DNA of 64,000 nt from Trichoplax adhaerens (taxonomy: Eukaryota; Animalia; Placozoa), in the NCBI RefSeq assembly GCF_000150275.1, contig NW_002060944.1, positions 4,530,123 to 4,594,122 of the forward strand. Direction: 5' to 3'. The notes under the pieces are model-generated. The model was not told the origin of the DNA and ran no database searches. It saw only the letters and a program-made list of their open reading frames with translations. Shown here one piece after another: positions 37,301 through 51,384 of the stretch (position 1 is the stretch's first letter; each line of letters starts with the position of its first letter). The position numbers were made by a program, and so were the translations under genes.

Positions 37301-39579
37301 AATCAAGCAGATACAGACTGTACGCGTATATTCCAGCTTAGATGAGGATTACAGTATAATCTTGTATTATGTACGTCCAATTGTATTTTTGAATTTTTTC
37401 CAATTTGTCAAGCATTATTATTGGATGAATAGTGCAAATATCCTTACATACTAATACTGTATGATTAGAAGCCTAGCCATATAAAAAAGTAGAAGTAGGC
37501 AACGATTACAGTGATACAATGGAAAATACAAAAAGTGGTCCACCTATGATGATGATGATCAATTTATAATAGTTATATTAATTATTTTCTATCATTCGCT
37601 TAAGCGTTATGTTTGTCTATTGGATGTAAACGATTGATCTGGATGTTCCATCAATTGTTTATTGACGTACAAGATATAATCCATCATGCTGCTAGTGGAA
37701 AAGAGTTGAACAGTTTGCAAACTGATTGCAGTCTAGATACAATGGCAAAAATGATGATGGTGGCTAAGCTTCAACTATTTTCCAAGTTCATCGGTGACAA
37801 CATGATTTTAAGCATCCATAACGTCAACTGCTGTAAACTAAGATAAATTGTCAAGTTGTTTTCTTTACAAATATGGAGACAAAAAAAAAAATTGAATTGC
37901 AACTTGATCGTGTGAACAACATAAGGAGTCAAAGTGCTTTCCATTAAATTTTTATATATACATTGATGTTTGGCAAGTCATCATCATTGTTGATGATTAA
38001 TTTGGATGTGCCTTGTATGGAAGATGACGGAATGAATGCAGTCTACAGAATGAAATTTTATTGGTGTAACTACAGTAGCTGCTATTTATTCTTTTCTGAC
38101 TATATATCGATACGACGATCGCAATACTATACTGGACACCGGCATATGATCAACGAACTTGGTCACTTTTGAAATCATTGTCCGCCAAAAACTACTACTC
38201 TACCCTCTTCCATTTGACTACTTATCGTCCGTGATCATCATCATTTTTTACGATGCAGTCTGACGTTCAAGCCCAATTGAATATTTGGTGTGTACGAATA
38301 AAAACTGAAATTCATTAGGAAAAAGTAGCTAAAAAATGAATCGACCTTTTTACTTTGTTACTGTATAAAAATGCAGAGATAAATAGGTTAGATCGAAAAT
38401 TGGACCCTATTGCGATATACTGTCGTAGTCGTTTCTCTCTTGGATCGATTGCATTTGAAAAACTATGGCTCACTACTACTGGTATCGTTGGTCTACTTAA
38501 AAGGATGGGATTATCCTGGTGAATTGGATGAAACTACCCTAATGAGTGGATCGAGTAGAATGGATTGTTGCATTGCTTGTTGCTACCGTTTGGAAAGAAT
38601 GGAAGTCGTATGTAGATCAAGTTTGTATTTAGATAGGCAGATAGACCTGTAAAAATATAGCGAGTACTGTACTGATTGGAACGTTAGTCAATGACGTCGA
38701 CGACAAGAATTCCGCCATTGCACCCGTTATGGTCAAAATGGAGTGTCTAATATCATCATTATTGTACAAGTCAATGGAGAAAAGTATAGCTGTCATGATT
38801 CAAAGAGAATTGAAAGTGGAATAGCGACAATATACAACATCCATAGTGTAAACGCGTCCAATCCATCTTCTCAGGCGATGTCAAGGCAAAAGGTAGACAG
38901 ACTAACATGTATTCATTATTGTCGATCATCGATCCAATCTACTCATAACGTTGTTGCATGCTATTTTAAGTGGATCCATGATGGTAGTGTGCTATTGATC
39001 AACCCTTTATCAAAAGCTAACAACAACTACGACGCTCTAACCACGGTGATGGAAAAAAATGCATCCGAGGAAAACCCTGCAAGCCAAGGCAATTATCTCT
39101 CCAACGCTCAAGGCTTGATCCACTGTAAATCATCATCATCATCATCATGCTATTTTAGCCATAACAAATACTAACTTGTATCCTCTTTGCTTGTCCGGAT
39201 TAGATCGCTTTATCCTTCAATGCCTTGAACTTCTTGATTTTACAGCAGGATCAAACAGTTTCTTTCATTAGTAAATTTCCGCACCTTTATAATCGCAAAT
39301 TGACTTTTTTTCCCACACTCCAAAGCCATATACAGACGCCCAAAGTCTGTCGTCTCTTTTGAGTGGGTTCAACGCCGTACTGTTGGCTATATGGTGGGGG
39401 AAGGGGGGGGGGCATTTGACAACCCTTGTGTAAGAGGGTTGAGGCTGGACACCGACAAGATGGATGACAACGCCATACTGTAGGGTAGACTACGTTGGCC
39501 AGTTTGGGCTATTCTACTATGGTTTCGTTTGCATACACAACTTCCCTGGTCTCCATTCATTGTAGGCTACCGTATGACA

Positions 39580-39830
39580 AGCTGACTACTGTACAGAACG
39601 ATACATTCAACACCTTTTACTGTACATTGTACTGTACTTTACAGTATGTTCCCCTACTGTACACTGTACTGCAGGGGAATTCATCAATGTAACCTACAGT
39701 CCATCACTCAGGTGACAGTACTGTGCACTGTAGAGTACGTACTGTGGGCACTCCAGCAACTTTTTGCGCCTTTTTTGTATACCCATACACGACACGCAAC
39801 TCTAGTCTACTGTATACCGTACAGCTGCGC
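39580..39830. promoter_or_regulatory. TACAGTA/TACTGTA-rich island, probable PBX promoter region
   Basis: Dense tactgtac/tacagta motifs; G-rich tract at 39393-39412; TATAAA on the minus strand near 39290; splice acceptor immediately 5' of the PBX ATG at about 34360. Confidence 0.45.
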
Positions 39831-40120
39831 CACTGTTTCGCCACTCAACGATCAAAACGGCAATTGTACTCTAGCCACAAACATGGCAGGAACGCAAGAT
39901 TCCGGCGTAACCATGGCAGCATCGACGATTTGATTAACCCCTCCGGATGATACATTACATCATTAATCTGTCTCCTGTACTTGTCCAATAGCTCAATTTT
40001 GGTGAATATTTTGCATTCACTTAACCTTATTAATGAACATGAATCAATCATCCACGATCTCTCTAAATTTACTCTAATTCCGTATTCGATAGACACCAAT
40101 GCATCAGAAATCTTCTCCTA

Positions 40121-40440
40121 TCCAGTCATACGCTAGGAGATACGTTATAAGAGCGATAGACTAGAATCAATTCTATTCTAAATGGAATTCAATACAGTGA
40201 CATGAGCCAATTCGTTTTCTTCTACCGGTAAATAGCATTTTGTTTTTGACACCTTCAACGTCCTACTCCATTTTAGACTGTCCAGTCAGACGCTAGGAGA
40301 CACGTAATAACAACGATAGAGTAGAATCAATTCCATTCTAAATGGAATTCAATACAGTGACATGAACCAATTCGTTTTCTTCTACCGGTAAATGGCATTT
40401 TGTTTTTGACACCTCCAACGTCCTGCTCCATTTTAGACTG
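40121..40440. repeat. Tandem duplication, 2 x 160 bp
   Basis: tccagtca.acgctaggaga...ccattttagactg at 40121 and 40281, with scattered substitutions. Confidence 0.95.
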
Positions 40441-43400
40441 AATTATTCCCTGACTAAAATAGCTACATTGACAGTCATGATTAATATCCAACCATAAATA
40501 GATGTAGACATATTTAGCATACTTGAATTACTCTACAGTAGATGCTATAAATCAATCAAGAAGAAGAACCATTGTAATCAATAGTATCATTTGTAAATTA
40601 CAACGGTAGTCATAACCAGTCTAAGTCATGGCAACACAGATTATATAATCGATGCCTGGAAGTAGTATTAAATATCAACCGTGCAATATTGAGCTTCCAC
40701 ACTGACTGCATCGCACCAGTTCAATCATTATATAGAGATAATTGTAAGAATAGGTTTGCAAGTAAATATCACACAAAATTCAAGATATCAAAATAAAACG
40801 CACGGACTGTATCAAATTAATTTCTTAGCGCATATTTTGGCGGTATTTTAGAGCATGCTAGATAGATTGCTATACTCTTACTTTCAGTAAGCTGCAGTAC
40901 TAATGACAGCAAGATAAGCGAAGCAGTGGTCATGATTTCCAATAGAATAATACATAGAAACGCTTATGGTCAATACATTACTGTTACAGTATTGACTGCT
41001 AGCTCTATATGATCACTTGTCATTCTCGCAGCGCATGTAACGCATTAGAATAAATTTCTTGTCATAACAGTTGAATGTTCTTGTACTTTGACGATGAAGC
41101 TTACAAGCATTCAATACTCTAATGGGTGCCTAGGTTGTACTATTTTAGCAGTCATTGGCAACAGTGATGTTACAAATTTTAGCGATGATTGCATCTCATA
41201 AATGGCATCGTAATAAAGAATTTTCTTTAATCTTAGAAAGGTAGGACTTGGGAGGATACAATTGTTGTAATTCAGTTAATTTTAGTTAAATCTCTGCTCG
41301 GTGAAATAAACTTTTTTTTATTAATACTTGCTATTATGATTAGTGTACTAGCGGGTAGCCCGTTGTCGAATGAATTTTTATAGCTTGTATTCAGTCATAA
41401 ACAAGTAATATTGATTACAATGAGGATGCACAATTACTTTTATGTGCCGATCACGACTAGATATTCCGAATGTTGGGAATTACTCATTCAATGAATGATT
41501 TTATACAGTATTCTAATTGAAAATACACAGAAATTATCGCTATATACGAAATTATCCTTGTAAAGGGTTGTCATTTTTGGTCCTGAAAAGATTAAAACGC
41601 GAGACAGCTATACTGTATAACGCAATAAAAATAACTGTGTACAGTATCATTTGAATAGTCAACGATAATAACCTTGTCCTATGTACATAATATATTCAAT
41701 GCTTCTAATAGCTGTTTTATCAAAGTAATTCAGACTTTGGATTCTAGCCACTTTCTTATCCAATACACAGTAATACTGTAGATATAGTATGACAATAATG
41801 CAGAACACCACCTCCACCAAATGAGCGGCTAAAAGTTTTACTACAGGACATGAGTTTTTCCGTTATTCATGTAGTAATGTACTAGATAGAACGTAGTGTG
41901 TCTCCATCATACAATCATATATAAATGTATATATATCACGGTATAAAATATATTTAGCTATTCATTAATACACAAGATGATATATTATTTATGAATAACC
42001 AGCATAATTGCTTGCATGTGTAAAAAGACAATCTACGACAACCATTACAATATTAGTTATATTATTTGGGGGATATATCATATCGGACTACCTGCAAAGA
42101 GTGAAGTCTTGTATCTTGATTTCAAGTTTTTCGAAGTTTCAGTTATATTTGAGTCCCGTCTTGAAGTTCCCTATTAAACCGATAATAGCGACGACATTAG
42201 AAATTATCCATCCACTAACCCGAAATTGAGTTTTTGTAGCATGTAGTACACTTGGTAATCACCACCAAATATAAAATGTTAATCATAATCAAGGTTTCAC
42301 AAGTGGAATGATGCATGTTGTACAGGTTTGATGAAATTAGAAGCAGCTCATATGCGTATTATACTGACTACTAGTAGACTGTAGAAGCTAAGCGATCAAA
42401 AATTAAGGATTGGTTTAGGTCAAACAAACGACTACATGAAAATTTTTATCGCATACAGTGTATAGCAATCAGATATGAACTAATACAGAATATATTACTA
42501 CGATTGCTATAGTTATATAAGCACATAAGGAGTAAGAGTAACTGTCTTTCTGGGTTTAATTTCTGTATTTTACATTTCATTGAACTACAAGCTTATCAAT
42601 ACTTTGATTGCTATGCAGGCATATGAGTTTACTACATCAGGGTAGTCATTTCAGGTGATTATTGATCATGAAAGATTATACGAAATTTATAGTATACTCG
42701 TAGCAGTATGCAAAGGGAAATAACAAGTCATTGGATGGGCAATGTAGCGGCAAGTAACACAGTATATTATTGTGTATTTAATAGTTTTTTTTATTTATTT
42801 TTTATTCTAATTCAAGATGGACTTAATATACGTACAGACAAGTTCAATTTTAAAATTTAGATTGAGATATTTTGCTAAGATTCATCAACTATACGGGTTA
42901 TAAAGTAGAATATTTTTGCATGTAAATGAAGGGATTTCATAATGATACTTACTTTGTCAACTTGGTCCAGCCACCAAGAGCTCAAACGTACTTTGCCCTA
43001 TGATTGTCTGTACTGTATCAACAGTCTGGATGGAATTGTATTTGAATAAGAATTAAACTTTTGATTTCTCTATTGTCTTGATTCGATTTACTAATTATTA
43101 TTATTTATGGATGGAGCCAATTTTATTGCCGGTATTTTCAGCGATACAATATACGGTCTTACAACTACCACACTTTCTGATTTTATTCCAGTAAGTTTTG
43201 TCTATTATCTGTCTCGTATGATTGTATATAGCACGATCTATCTAGTCTTTTATATGCTAAATTGAACTCTTTATTAATTCTTTTATTCTTTTATAATATC
43301 CTTTAGGGCAAGTAAAGTCGGTGAACATTCTCTCTCCCCTAGCAAAAAATGGAAACAAATAAAACAAAGTACAATAGCGGCTGATATTGGTTTTCAACGG

Positions 43401-43718
43401 GATACGTGCGTGATGCTGTAGCTGCACAACACTTTTAAGACGCCTACGATATTACCACAACAGTATAGTTTGGCATGACTCGGAAGGTAAGGTACAGAAT
43501 ACGATCCTATAGTACAATCAAAATTAATGTCACTATTGGCGTATTCACTTCCTGCGGTACTCCTTCGATAGAGTTTTGCATTCATTCATGAATTAATTAT
43601 CCCATAGGGTAGAGTATGGTAGTAATAACGTCATGATTATTATTATTTTTATATTGTTGGTAATTTTGAATTGTAGTGAGTACATGTCACTCTTTAACAT
43701 CCTTCAATTTAATAGTAG

Positions 43719-44070
43719 TGATGTTCAGTGCTGAAGCAGATATAATATATATATATAGATATATATGTAAAGTGGATGTCTTTGGTTGAAAATTGAACAA
43801 CTTTTATGATGTTCAGCGCTGAAGCAGATATAATATATATATATAGATATATAGGATAAAGTGGATGTCTTTGGTTGAAAATTGAACAACTTTTATGATG
43901 TTCAGCGCTAAAGCAGATATAATATATATATAGATATATATGTAAAGTGGATGTCTTTGGTTGAAAATTGAACAACTTTTATGATGTTCAGCGCTGAAGC
44001 AGATATAATATATATATATAGATATATAGGACAAAGTGGATGTTTTTGGTTGAAAATTGAACAACTTTTA
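43719..44070. repeat. Minisatellite, 4 copies of an 86-89-bp unit with an internal (TA)n tract
   Basis: Units start at 43719, 43807, 43896 and 43982: tgatgttcagcgctgaagcagat(at)n...aaagtggatgtctttggttgaaaattgaacaactttta. Confidence 0.97.
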
Positions 44071-44139
44071 TTATGGAAAAATTCAACAAAGTCATAAAGT
44101 GTTTCCATAGTAATTTCCATAGTTTACATAGACTTGAGT

Positions 44140-44275
44140 AAAAAAAAGCAAAAGTTGTACTGAGGTGTAGTAAGGAAGGCGATAGTGTACTGTAGGTGGT
44201 GTTAACTTAACTAGCCAAGTACAGTACAGTATGTATGTACTGTACTGTATCTGTATTGGTATCGGTATACTATAG
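44140..44275. promoter_or_regulatory. TACAGTA/TACTGTA-rich island upstream of glomulin
   Basis: gtacagtacagtatgtatgtactgtactgtatctgtat; a ccaatcacgtca (CCAAT/CRE-like) element lies at about 44551-44562. Confidence 0.45.
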
Positions 44276-44777
44276 ACTTCATCATGGACGAGCCCCCTGA
44301 CTACTCGATCTACGCGTAGTAGTCCATGAAACAGCTTAAAGTATTTCGTTTTAGACAACTTTTTCCTCCAATTTGGAGATTTGCTTGTTTATCTTGCTAC
44401 ATTACTCCTTTCTGTCCTTTGTACATTTTGACGGCTCTCTCTAGACATTATTCTACCACTTTATTTAGAAGTAGAGAGCTGTCTGCCCTCATCATATCTC
44501 CATCTCCATGGGTCCGTACTGGCAACACTCTGTAGCTGACTAGCAGTAACCAATCACGTCATCGACTCTTAATTCATTCAATCTTCTCTAATCGTAGGTG
44601 AAAATTCTGCTGACACTTTTCGTCTTATTAGGTGCTTACATGATCGTTTACTATAATTGACTCATTTTGAAAGCTATTCTCTTTCATTAACTTTATAATG
44701 AATGTATTGGGATATTTTTAGACTCTTTTAGCATGTTATATTACGCCTATGGTGACCAGAGTAAATGAAAACCAACC

Positions 44778-47700
44778 ATGCAGGAAGAAGCGAATGAAAT
44801 TCTAACCGAGAAAGACAATTTCATCTCGCAATATGTACGTCTACAACTAATTTATAAAATCGGCTTCTACTACATTACTGATCGAATAGTCAGCAGTTTC
44901 TAAGCGATAAAGATGCATGAATTTGTACAGTTCACTCCAATCATGGTAGGATAGACAGTAATAGTAATACTGTAACTTAGAATCCAAATGACGATAAGAT
45001 CAAATTGCAATCTTCTTGCTAGATCCAACTTTGGCAAATCTTTGCATCAGATATCCGATTGCATTTTATATTTTACAAAGTTATCATGTATATTACGTTT
45101 AATGTCAACAGAATAGGCCACCGTAAGACAGAAAATACATATGAGATATGTAAATAGAGGATGCAAGTATCGCTATCTTTTTCTATTTCTCTTACTATAC
45201 AATCATTGGTAAATTAAAAGAGATGTCGTAAATCTTTCATGGGTTAACATAGACATTGAAACATTTTGCAAACTGATCAGTTTATCTTTATTGTACTCTA
45301 GTGGTATATACTATAGCCTACTATAAATGATGTGTAAATCACTTCAAAGGACAATCTTTGTAGGACAGCCTGGCACAGGATAAAGTATTTTGATATTTTT
45401 GACCTGTCCCAATCTATGTTGACGTACAGGCATCCAATAGCGAAGAATGCGGAGTTCACTTTCCGATATTAATACAGAAATTATTAGACCTCGGATTGAC
45501 GGAAGCTATCGGTCAATTTCTAGTCGGAGATGACTATCAGGTAATTCCAATAGTATAGACGTATCTACTATCATAAACTCAATAATCTGCGACTGACTGT
45601 ATAGCTATTCTTCTACCTGTGCAAATATGATTACCATAATCCGATACTTTAAACTTAGTCTAAACTTAGTCTATCAAGTATGTTCTACGAGTATAGTACT
45701 GATGCAATAGTATGCCAAACTACCAAGACTATAAGCGTATATTTTATATAGCGATTCTGTGCAGTTGTATCAAAGACTTATACTAAATAATTAAATACAT
45801 GAATGCATTAATAATTCGGACAATTAGGAGCTGTTGGTTGAATGTGGCTGGGATCTAATTATAGTTGGTTTGTCAAATATAACTCAAAGCACTACTCAAT
45901 GTAGCCATGAGAGTCTGAAGATGCGATCTATTCTACTGCATAAAGTTATCGAGGTAAGCTTTAGGTATTATAAATTAAATTAGATGATAACCTAAATTCA
46001 TGCATTTACTGTTAGTGAAATATTTATCTGCCAGGTAAATAGCCCGAAAGAATCGTATTTAGCATTACTGGAAAGGTTGGAGAGTGATCTACAGCCACAT
46101 CCATATAAACTTATTTTAATTGTCAAGCTTTTATCCAAAGGTATTTAAATTATATGGTGCTAATACTCAGTTAAGAATCATATTATTCCATTGCCCTATA
46201 GATAGGAAATGCATATACGAGATACTAACAAATTAATCATACTATATTTCCTACAGTTTTACGTAAAATGAAGGATAAATGTTCAAAGTTCTATCGAGCT
46301 GCTAATAATCAGCTGATCACATCATTTAAAGCAATAGATAAGCAGCATTTCGAAAATTCTAATGAAATGGTATCGATTGGTGCGTCCTTGGTATCTGATA
46401 TGCAAGATTTCGACAGTGTAGCTAGTAGTTTACAGCCTGTAGATGATATGACCAAAACTTCTCTATTATTCGACATTACTAATGAGTTAATAAATTACAC
46501 ATTACCCGGGGAACAATCATTAGCTCAAGATGTTACTGATGTTGTAAGTTAAACTGTCACCTATTGTATGAGTTCTAACTATTAAAACTTTAGATGTTCT
46601 ATTGAATATAACTTGCAAACTAACCGAATAAAACTGTATTCCCTAGTTTATCCGAAGAAAACAGCCAGTGTTGGCTAATGAAATAATAGATTTGTTCGTA
46701 TTGTATTTCTGCTTATAATTCTTATTTGCTGTACATTTCGTGTTAATACGCTTTATTCGTAGTGTGTAGATTAACTATTCATACACCATGCTATATCTAC
46801 AATACGATATAGTAGCCTTATTTCATATTTGATCTATACTCCAATGATCTCCAATAATCATTACATCATTTTTGGGGAATGTTATAGTAAATTGTGCCTC
46901 CTTAGTTACCCATTAATGGAAGTTGATATACTCTACGAAGACAGCAAGACTTTGTATTATGTGCTAGCTCATAAACTTATGGTCAGTCATAAATGTGTTA
47001 CATTGTCAAAACATACTGTACAGTAATACTTGTATTTAACATAGCAAGTGCTTATTTTCAGGTTTCTATAACTAAAATGAATGGCGATGGAATGGATATA
47101 TTGTCTCGTAAACCAAATTTTACTCAAAGCCACGATGAACAATTTGCATGTAAGATATTGATAACATTCATTTAGTATTCTTTCAATATTTATATATTGG
47201 TTATAATACGAGATTTTAATATCTTCCAAATTTTATTTTAATAGTTGGTGATACCATGTTATCGGAGGGATGCGCATGTTTCTCTTATCTGATTTTTGTT
47301 TGTCATATTTGTACTGACTCCATCCCATGGATTTATAGGTAGTAAACTTTGCAAAATTGCTTTAATCTAAGTTCTGTAATAGTCATTAATATGTTTTATC
47401 TTTTACAGCTACCAATATCGCCTATATTTCAACCTCCGTCATGTTGAAGTCTTCTTGAAAAGGTTAATTTAGCTTGTCATTAATATTTGTCAGATTTGCG
47501 ATAGATTGATGTATTATTGAGGTTCTAATCATAACACTTTGCATACCAGTTCGATGGCCAATGTCATAGATAAAGGATTGGTAAGTATATCCGAGTATGT
47601 TTGTATTACTAATTGTTGCAACAGTTTCATACATGTGATGAGGTTAAATTATAGCCTAATTAGCTCTAAACAGTAGTAAGGAATTTTTTAATTTTAAATT

Positions 47701-49150
47701 TATTAATCTTTAACCAAGGAACTGTACAAATTCCTCTTGAATAATATCCCTTCATCAACTTTACCAGCTGAACTTACATCGTCACGAATCTTCAGAAATA
47801 ATGCTCAGGTGTTACAAAGTTTTGATTCAATTGTATCGTATCTACTGTGAGATTAATCATATTATAAAATTATTAGAATTTATTATCAATCATGTCCCAT
47901 TATCAACAAGAAGCAATAGTAAGCAAGCTCGTATTAAATTCTTCCATATACGTATTAATTCCGTTATGAGATAGGCAATTACTGTTAATATAATTGCTAC
48001 TTCTTTAATTAAAACAGAGGAAAAAGTCTTACAATGTTTTTCAAAGCAAAATTGACAAGTGTCAAGGAAGGGGAAAATATCTATTGATAAAGTATATTTG
48101 CATGATAATCTCCGAAATCCGTTATGATATTTTTCTTTGTTATTTGCAAAATTATTTTTTGCGATATTGTAGCTAATTATAAACTTTTAATCCCTCCTTT
48201 CTTAGGTACTTACTAACACAAAACGATCATCCTGGCATTATAGAGTTGCTGACGTTGAAACTGAAAGATGGAGTTACTAGTGCACTTAATGTAACGGATT
48301 TTAAGAAATATCCAACTGTTTATTTAGAAACTGATACATAATTAATATTCACTTTGATTACAGAAAAAGTGCTATCTCTGTTATAGGATTCAGAAGTTCG
48401 TTTTGCTGGAAAACATGAACTACTTGAAACTATTAAAGTTATCCTTCAAATTAAAGATGACGTAGATATCGTAAATGAAGCAAATCGATTTCTGGCTGGA
48501 TTAAATTTTGTTAAATTCTTATTATTACGTGATAACGTACAAGATAACAAGGTAAACAAATGATAAAATTGTGATGATTTCCTTCTGAGTATTGTTAATA
48601 ATTATCAGTGTGCCAGAAAGTTTATAATTTCTTTTTGTATTGTAAATCAATTCTCCACCTTTACTTTATTACTAAACGCACCTTTTATATCAAATTTCTT
48701 AGACGGGGATATGGGGTGATGTTACAGATTTTAAATGTCATATATTGGAACCGCTAAGAAAAGAATTGAGGAATAGTCACACTAGGCTCGAAATAGACTT
48801 GCAATCTTTGCAAAAGAGCAAGCAAGGTTGTCTTCATTTGGATTAGATTTGAATTAACTTTATCTTGTTTTTTGTTACAGTTTCTTAATTACGAACGTGC
48901 TATAATTTTAGGTAATTCCGACAGTATGATGATGAATAGAAATGATTTAATATCCCATTTGCCTTTTCAAGATCAAATTCAAGTAAGTTTTTAATGCTAG
49001 TTTTTTGAATTTAAAGAATATCGATTAGACTAATTGACAGAAATATTGTAGTTTTTTAGATCTGGTATGCTTAGAATAGAACTTATGAACTCAATCCTTG
49101 CTAACGTGGAAGAAATTATAGATAATGTACTCCAAGAGAAACAATTGTGA
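44778..49150 (+). CDS. GLMN: Glomulin (FAP68/ALF4 family, RBX1-binding cullin-RING ligase inhibitor), about 18 exons
   Basis: Exons include 44778-44834, 45430-45540 and 45828-45953 (ELLVECGWDL), then NSPKESYLALLE, CFSYLIFV..IPWIYS..YFNLRHVEVFL, VIDKGLEL, RGKYLL, NRFLAGLNFVKFLLLRDNVQDNKTGIW, LEPLRK and LMNSILANVEEI. TGA at 49148-49150. Confidence 0.9.
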
Positions 49151-49813
49151 AAGTATAATACCCGTCCAGATTGAGGAAAGCTCGCGCACTAGTTGTGCTA
49201 CATGTACATTGTACACTGGCAATTAAGAGGTGGTTCAGTTGATATTTATATTTTTGTTGTAGATCTGCTGTACTGTACAGTATTGTAAATCATGTTAAAG
49301 TTTTTAGGCTTCGATCACACAAGATTTATTTATATAATTGTAATAAATGCCCTTGAAGGATTAGAATTTTTTTGTAGAAAGTTTCTACATCTTTTATTCT
49401 TTTCAAATTTAAAATAGCAGGAACAACATATAAAACATACCCTAACGTGTTTGTACAAGTTTTGTTAATGTGACCTAGAGTTCAAATGAAATAGCTAAGC
49501 GCATGTAATCACGTTAAAAGGCAAGAAGACGTCAAATTTGCGATATTTAGTAATTGCTATTCTTTGGCTAATATGGACGATTAGCTTCTCTCGATGTAAC
49601 TGCAGATACAGTACACTACTGTATTAGCATTCATCGACATCAGTTTCATGCCACTGTATTGAAATCAATTATTCCCTAGCACTTTCAATAGTGCAACTAT
49701 TGTCCTATAAAAATGTTTTTTAAGGATATATTAGTAGTAGTTGGCAATTATAGTTGTAATTTTATGGTAATTCTATTATTATTATTACTTCTTTTACGAC
49801 TCTCCGTTTATGC

Positions 49814-51290
49814 TCACTGAATCTTAGCCTTACCTTCAGCCGTAGCTTTTTCTAAAATATCTTTAGCACATTTAGCAAAGGCACGCAGCTCTTTATTGCA
49901 AGCATACGGATTTGTTGGATTGTCGCGTAAGCAGAGGTTATACCCTGCAGAGCATTCACGTTTGATTGTAACGATAATGGGGCTGCATACATGTATTAAT
50001 AACAGGATCGATTTAGTGAACGTTATAATCGCTCATCGTACAAATTGTACAGTATTACACATTATATTAAATATAGTTAAGGTAAAACGAGCGTCTTATC
50101 AAACCCCGTTTAAAGCTACAATATTGTTGTACGATTGCATAGTTCCTTTGAGTCGGTTTTAGCTTTACCTTTCAGCGGTACACTTGTTCAGATTAAATTT
50201 ATGTTCCTTGCATTCTTTATACCAAGTTCTCCTATTCTTTGATACGCAATCAGCATAAGCTTCTACCTCGCTCATACAACCCTGGGCAGCGAAGTTTATA
50301 GCTTCCTCACTGAAATTGAATATGTTTAACATTAAATAGATTGAATGCTTCCCATAGCAGATTACACGTAGAGAATAAAGAACAAGGTTAACTGTAAGGG
50401 ATTAACATAAAGTACGTTATCCTATCAAATTCAGTTTATTTTTATTAATCATACAGTATATACAGTATAATGTTAGCTTATTTTAATTAATCATACAGTA
50501 TAATGTCAGCTTATTTTAATGAATCATACAGTATAATGTCAGATTACACAATTACACTCTTAACATGTAGAAACACTAACTATCGTCTTTAAATACTATA
50601 TCATTTTGGTAAGTAACAGATAGGTAGCGTTGCTTTAAGCTATCTTTGATGCGTTACGAGTTGGAGAATGAAGCGTAGAGCTCCATTTGTCCATTTAAGT
50701 TACTTCCTACTTCCTAGAGAAGTCACCATTGCACATCGCATGGTATTCTTCTATCCTAGAAATGTATACGCGTATTGAATACCATAGACTAGCGCCTATC
50801 GGATAAATTCTGCTCTTGTTTAGTACTACAGTATGGGACTACTCACATTACCATTGGTGAAATGCTGACACTGTGATTAACCATACGCTAAGTCATTGGA
50901 TTGTAGAACTGTAAGTTGATTGTGTTATTGAATGGTCGGTCTATCACTTGCTCGACTGGAAGCTGTAGAACAAGCTTGTTTAGATAATGAATAGGACGAA
51001 AAATGGTAGCGTTGCTTTCGATTGTGCATCAGCTATTTGACTGTTAATAATAATATTGAGACCGCTACGATAGTAGCATGGGAAATGAGGAAATCCAGCA
51101 CATACGTGAGTATCCTTTCTGGATCAATATGAATTTTAGAAGCAAAATCTCCAGCAGTGAACATTCTAATATTGTCTAATATGATATTAATTTATAGTCC
51201 ATGTTGTACAGTGAAATTGTAGTAAACAGACATTGATCCATTTCGGTACAATAAAACTTACAGTGGAACTGCTGTCTCGTCGTCAGCCAT
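49814..51290 (-). CDS. CHCHD5: CHCHD5/Mix14-like mitochondrial intermembrane-space protein with two CHCH domains
   Basis: Exons 51290-51262, 50309-50169 and 49982-49814 give MADDETAVPLEEAINFAAQGCMSEVEAYADCVSKNRRTWYKECKEHKFNLNKCTAESPIIVTIKRECSAGYNLCLRDNPTNPYACNKELRAFAKCAKDILEKATAEGKAKIQ*. Eight cysteines, with a PII..IK..C linker. Confidence 0.8.
50446..50545. repeat. Short intronic tandem repeat, about 3 x 33 bp
   Basis: aatcatacagtataatgt(c/t)agcttattttaat repeated. Confidence 0.8.
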
Positions 51291-51384
51291 GATTATTCAA
51301 CCTCTTCTTTTCAATGCAGCAAGACAGTAAAATGAAGGCGTTCGGTCCGATTAACGTACGGCTGCAGGACTTTGGGCTAGCGCC

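Noticed and set aside
38743-39174. 143-aa ORF antisense to the putative PBX 5' intron
   Set aside because: Non-ATG start, no recognisable motif, and includes a simple (TCA)n tract.
39907-39920. X-box-like GTAACCATGGCAGC
   Set aside because: Mismatch in the critical GCAAC half-site, and no identifiable target gene.
42800-43590. Exon-like blocks on the plus strand and a Cys-containing 63-aa ORF on the minus strand
   Set aside because: I could not assemble a consistent frame or recognise any motif.
45112-45122. Apparent 11-nt microexon (cag|aataggccacc|gtaag) in glomulin intron 1
   Set aside because: Exons 44778-44834 and 45430-45540 already join in phase 0, so including it would shift the frame.
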